The position numbers were made by a program, and so were the translations under genes. 64,000 nt of DNA from Gemmatimonadales bacterium UBA6960 (lineage in GTDB: Bacteria > Gemmatimonadota > Gemmatimonadetes > Longimicrobiales > Gaopeijiaceae). Each line of letters begins with the position of its first letter. Within the stretch, counting starts at the first letter, position 1. Of the stretch, positions 60,500 to 64,000 are shown piece after piece. The stretch lies in assembly GCA_963583605.1 (NCBI GenBank), contig CAUZVZ010000001.1, forward strand, positions 3,177-67,176. Reading direction: 5' to 3'. Under the pieces are notes generated by a model. The model was not told the DNA's origin and did not search any database. It saw only the letters and a list, made by a program, of their open reading frames with translations.

Positions 60500-62101
60500 A
60501 TGCTTGATGGTCGTCCAACCGAACGGCAGGAGCCCGATGCCATAGCGCTTGAGGTTTTTCGCCACCTCTTCACGGCTCTGACGGAAGAAATGGGGGCCGC
60601 GCTCCGGCAAGCCTCCTTTTCACCCAACATCAAGGAGCGTCGAGATTACTCTTGCGCCCTCTTTTCGGCGATGGGTGCACCCATCGCGTTGGGGGACCAC
60701 ATGCCGGTCCACCTGGGGGCGATGCCGATGAGCGTGGAGTCTGCGCTCAGTGAACTCGGCCCGCTCGACGCGGGTGACGTCGTCTGCCTGAACGACCCCT
60801 TCCGGGGCGGCACGCATCTTCCCGACATCACACTGATCTCGCCGGTCCACGACCCGGACCGGGGCACACCGCTTGGTTATGTGGCCTCGAGGGCGCATCA
60901 CTCGGATGTCGGAGGAATGAGCCCAGGATCGATGCCGTTAGCCCAGGAAATCTATCAGGAGGGTCTCCGTATTCCGCCCGTCCATCTCTACCGGGAGGGC
61001 ATACGCCAAGAAGGGGTCTGGAACCTCATATTGGCGAACGTCCGAACCCCGATCGAACGGGGGGGTGACCTCGATGCCCAGTTGGCAGCGCTACACACGG
61101 GCGCGTCCCGGCTGTTGGAGGTCGTCGAACGCAGAGGCACACAGGAGACGCAAGCGGCCATGGACGCGTTGATCGGGTACGCGGATCGACTCGTGGAGGC
61201 CGGCCTCGCCCACATCGAACCGGGAGAGTACAGCGCCGAAGACTTCATGGAGGACGACGGTTTCGGAACCGTGGACATCCCGATTCGGGTGAAACTCACC
61301 CGGCGCGATGATGGTCTCGACGTCGACTTCACGGGGAGCAGCCCTCAAGTGAGGGGCGGGGTCAACGCCGTGAGCGCCATCACCGACTCCGCCACGAGGT
61401 ACACGGTGCGCTGCGTCGTAGAAGCGCTCTTGGGTGAATCGCTCCCGGCCGGAGGCGGCTCCATGTCGATGGTCAAGCTGATTCTTCCGGAAAACTCCAT
61501 CGTGAACGCCGGTCCTCCCGCGAGCGTTGCGGCCGGGAACGTCGAGACGAGCCAGCGCATTACCGATGTCCTCTTCCGGGCGTTCGCCAGCGCTCTTCCG
61601 GACCTCATGCCTGCACTCTCCCAGGGCACGATGAACAACACGACTGTCGGGGGTGTGGATCCCAGGAACGGAGACAATTTCGCTTACTACGAGACCGTTG
61701 GCGGAGGAATGGGCGCCGGTCCGACCGGGCATGGACTTTCCGGTGTCCACACCCATATGTCGAACTCCCTAAACACGCCGATCGAAGCTCTCGAGCACGC
61801 GTATCCTTTCCGGATCACCGAGTATTCGTTGAGGCCCGGGAGCGGGGGTGCCGGGGCTCATCGGGGCGGGGACGGCCTCCGCAGAGATCTACAGCTACTG
61901 TGTGAGGGAACCGTCACGCTGCTCTCCGAACGCCGTGAACGAAGGCCCTCAGGCACACGGGGCGGGCACGACGGGAGCCCCGGCCAAAACGTCCTCATCC
62001 GAGACGGGCGTGAAGAACCGCTTCCGGCCAAAGTTACGTTCTTCGCACAGACCGGCGACATCGTCAGTATTCGCTCGCCCGGCGGGGGAGGATGGGGCTG
62101 A
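60500..62101 (+). CDS. Hydantoinase B / oxoprolinase family protein
   Basis: 533 aa. The family pattern includes FSPNIKERRDYSCALF, NDPFRGGTHLPDITLISPV and ERGGDLDAQLAA. Confidence 0.88.
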   Translation: MLDGRPTERQEPDAIALEVFRHLFTALTEEMGAALRQASFSPNIKERRDYSCALFSAMGAPIALGDHMPVHLGAMPMSVESALSELGPLDAGDVVCLNDPFRGGTHLPDITLISPVHDPDRGTPLGYVASRAHHSDVGGMSPGSMPLAQEIYQEGLRIPPVHLYREGIRQEGVWNLILANVRTPIERGGDLDAQLAALHTGASRLLEVVERRGTQETQAAMDALIGYADRLVEAGLAHIEPGEYSAEDFMEDDGFGTVDIPIRVKLTRRDDGLDVDFTGSSPQVRGGVNAVSAITDSATRYTVRCVVEALLGESLPAGGGSMSMVKLILPENSIVNAGPPASVAAGNVETSQRITDVLFRAFASALPDLMPALSQGTMNNTTVGGVDPRNGDNFAYYETVGGGMGAGPTGHGLSGVHTHMSNSLNTPIEALEHAYPFRITEYSLRPGSGGAGAHRGGDGLRRDLQLLCEGTVTLLSERRERRPSGTRGGHDGSPGQNVLIRDGREEPLPAKVTFFAQTGDIVSIRSPGGGGWG

Positions 62102-62514
62102 TGCGACTGCAACTGGCTCTTGTCTGTGACCACGCTGAAGAAACCGCGGACGGGAAACTCGACGTCCACGGGGTCTTCAATGACCTCGCCACTCCTGGGT
62201 TCCCGGCCAAGCACGACATGGTGTTGGTCATGGCTGTGGAGTGGAGCCGAGACGACATAGGCCATTACGACTTCGAGGTGAACTTGACCGGGCCATCCGG
62301 TCAAAAAAGCATGACGATCCAGGGGCACTCGGAGGTCGATCGCCGTGACCCGGACCGCCCGCCCGCCCGCACTCGGATCGTCATGCCCCTCCGAGAGGTC
62401 ATCTTTCCGGATCCCGGTGCATACCGTTTTGGGATTCGGATTCAGGGTCGGGACCACGAGGGCCCCTCACTCTTCCTCATGCAACTAGAGCCATCCGGGA
62501 AGTCCACAGCGTGA
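62101..62514 (+). CDS. Hypothetical small protein
   Basis: Lies in ORF 62092..62514. The preferred start is ATG 62101, in a TGATG overlap with the hyuB stop. Its stop overlaps the next start (GTGA). It looks beta-rich. No confident family assignment. Confidence 0.5.
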   Translation: MRLQLALVCDHAEETADGKLDVHGVFNDLATPGFPAKHDMVLVMAVEWSRDDIGHYDFEVNLTGPSGQKSMTIQGHSEVDRRDPDRPPARTRIVMPLREVIFPDPGAYRFGIRIQGRDHEGPSLFLMQLEPSGKSTA

Positions 62515-63605
62515 TCCACGTCCAAGGGACCGGAGACCAAGACTCTCGGAGCGCCCAGGACCAGGCCATCGGAGGCGATCGCGTATGTATCGTACTGCTC
62601 TCGGGCATTGGGGACGTCATTCACGGATTACCCGTCGCGGTGGCACTCAAGCGTGACCGGCCCTCCCGCAAAATCGTTTGGGTCGCCCAGGCCGTGCCCG
62701 CGCAGATCCTCCAGCACCACCCTGCCGTGGACGAAGTCATCGTCTTTCGGCCGGAAAGAGGCCCCCGTGGCGTATACGATCTCTGGAGAACCTTTCGCGC
62801 CAGACCCTCCTGCGAACTGACATTGAACATGCAACGGTACGCCAAGAGCGTCTTCCCGACGTACTTCTCCGGCGCCCCGGTACGAGTGGGCCTCGCCCCT
62901 TCCAGAACGCGGGACGGGGTCCGGTTCGTCAACACCCAGTACACACCGGGAGGGGCGTGGCGGCATACGCAGGACCTGTTCTTGGAGTTCCTGGATGTCG
63001 TGGGCGTCGCAAGACCGGAGCCGCTGGTGTGGGACATCACTCTTACGGAGGAGGAGGAATCGGCAGCCGCGACCTTTTTTTCTGCCTCCCCGGCGCCGAC
63101 AGTCGTCGGGTTGGTGTTGGGTACGGCCAACCCGGCGAAGGATTGGCCGACCGACCGATACGTGTCGCTTGCGCGCTCGCTGGAGGTCGATTTCGGATTC
63201 GACGTGCTTCTGCTGGGAGGGCCGGGGAAGGCGGAGCAGGCGACCGCTCAGGCCATCTTGGATGACGGGAGGGCCGCGAGGTCGGCGCTGTCCAACTCCG
63301 TGCGGCAACTGATCTGGAGCATCCGCGGGTGTGATCTCATCATCAGCCCGGACACCGGAGCGCTCCACATTGCCCATGCGATGGGGATTCCGGTGATCGG
63401 TCTCTTCGGCCACACCAATCCCTGGCGGGTCGGCCCCTACGAGAAGTATCAAGACCTGATCGTGGATCGATTCACGGATCCTGGCGAAGCCCGTGTCCCG
63501 GCCCACTATGGGCCACGTCGCGGACGAATGTCGGGGATTGCGGTCACCGATGTCCTGGAGCGCGTCCGCCGGGCCGGCGAGCGATACGGAGTTGGGCACC
63601 ACTGA
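62511..63605 (+). CDS. Glycosyltransferase family 9 (LPS heptosyltransferase-like)
   Basis: 364 aa with IVLLSGIGDVIHGLPVAVALK and the C-terminal block ISPDTGALHIAHAMGIPVIGLFGHTNP. Confidence 0.85.
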   Translation: MIHVQGTGDQDSRSAQDQAIGGDRVCIVLLSGIGDVIHGLPVAVALKRDRPSRKIVWVAQAVPAQILQHHPAVDEVIVFRPERGPRGVYDLWRTFRARPSCELTLNMQRYAKSVFPTYFSGAPVRVGLAPSRTRDGVRFVNTQYTPGGAWRHTQDLFLEFLDVVGVARPEPLVWDITLTEEEESAAATFFSASPAPTVVGLVLGTANPAKDWPTDRYVSLARSLEVDFGFDVLLLGGPGKAEQATAQAILDDGRAARSALSNSVRQLIWSIRGCDLIISPDTGALHIAHAMGIPVIGLFGHTNPWRVGPYEKYQDLIVDRFTDPGEARVPAHYGPRRGRMSGIAVTDVLERVRRAGERYGVGHH

Positions 63606-64000
63606 TGAGGGAGGCCAAAGCGGTCTCGGAGCGATCCTGTCCTCGAGGATTCGAATGGATGACGGTAGGGAGGGGCCAGATTCTTGCGCGCACCGAAGCC
63701 CTGTCCTGGAGCCGCCAAGCGGTCTCGGCGTACGGATCCCTGTACGGAGCCGCGCGGGATTCGGCCGACACGGCGCTCCATGGGAGAGGGCCGGTTCCGG
63801 TCCTGACGAATCCGAACGGCACGGGGCCGCCGTGGGTGGTGCGGCGTTACTACCGAGGCGGGCTCATGAGACCCTTTGGCGATCGCTTCCTTCGGGCGGG
63901 GACGCCTCGGAGCTTCATCGAAGTGGAGAACAGCGCCCGGGTAGCGGACTTGGGCTTCGCCACACCCCGAATCGTGGCCGCTGCGGTATATCCCGGCGGC
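63605..64000 (+). CDS. Lipopolysaccharide kinase (Kdo/WaaP/InaA) family protein, 3' end outside window
   Basis: My translation from ATG 63605 (TGATG overlap) gives MREAKAVSERS...PWVVRRYYRGGLMRPFGDRFLRAGTPRSFIEVENSARVADLGFATPRIVAAAVYPGG. The frame is open to the window end. Confidence 0.7.
   Translation, partial: MREAKAVSERSCPRGFEWMTVGRGQILARTEALSWSRQAVSAYGSLYGAARDSADTALHGRGPVPVLTNPNGTGPPWVVRRYYRGGLMRPFGDRFLRAGTPRSFIEVENSARVADLGFATPRIVAAAVYPGG

Overview
High-GC (about 60-65% by eye) bacterial chromosomal segment with about 60 protein genes. I found no rRNA, tRNA, CRISPR array, transposase or integrase. Most content is core or housekeeping. This includes GMC oxidoreductase plus its Tat small subunit, fumC, trxB, an mlaFED-like operon, rho, thyX, recF-DUF721-gyrB, ssb, rpsU, a thiolase/3-hydroxyacyl-CoA dehydrogenase pair, a crotonase, L-lactate permease, a DAACS symporter, and hydantoinase B followed by LPS-core genes. 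Envelope families (DUF5916/CBM9-like, DUF1207, DUF4159, OmpA, NHL lipoproteins) point to a Gram-negative environmental lineage; Gemmatimonadota-like is an unverified guess. Four things stand out. (1) At least seven genes are disrupted by premature stops, frameshifts or small internal deletions (mlaE, mlaF, a vWA gene, ada, an M15-like membrane protein, an adenylate cyclase, one small paralog). This means either genome decay or an indel-prone assembly. (2) There are two tandem paralog pairs: DUF5916 x2 and NHL lipoprotein x2. (3) A 3.5-kb cluster at 50974-54530 holds genes I cannot place in any family. They are built from two sequence modules that occur alone, adjacent and fused in opposite order, together with an RHH protein, AT-rich islands and a hairpin+terminator leader. 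This is my best candidate for an undescribed system, but its function is unknown. (4) A 1.1-kb non-coding, partly low-GC gap lies downstream of fumC and carries a perfect 14-bp hairpin. All family assignments come from motif recognition by eye. No database search or alignment was run.
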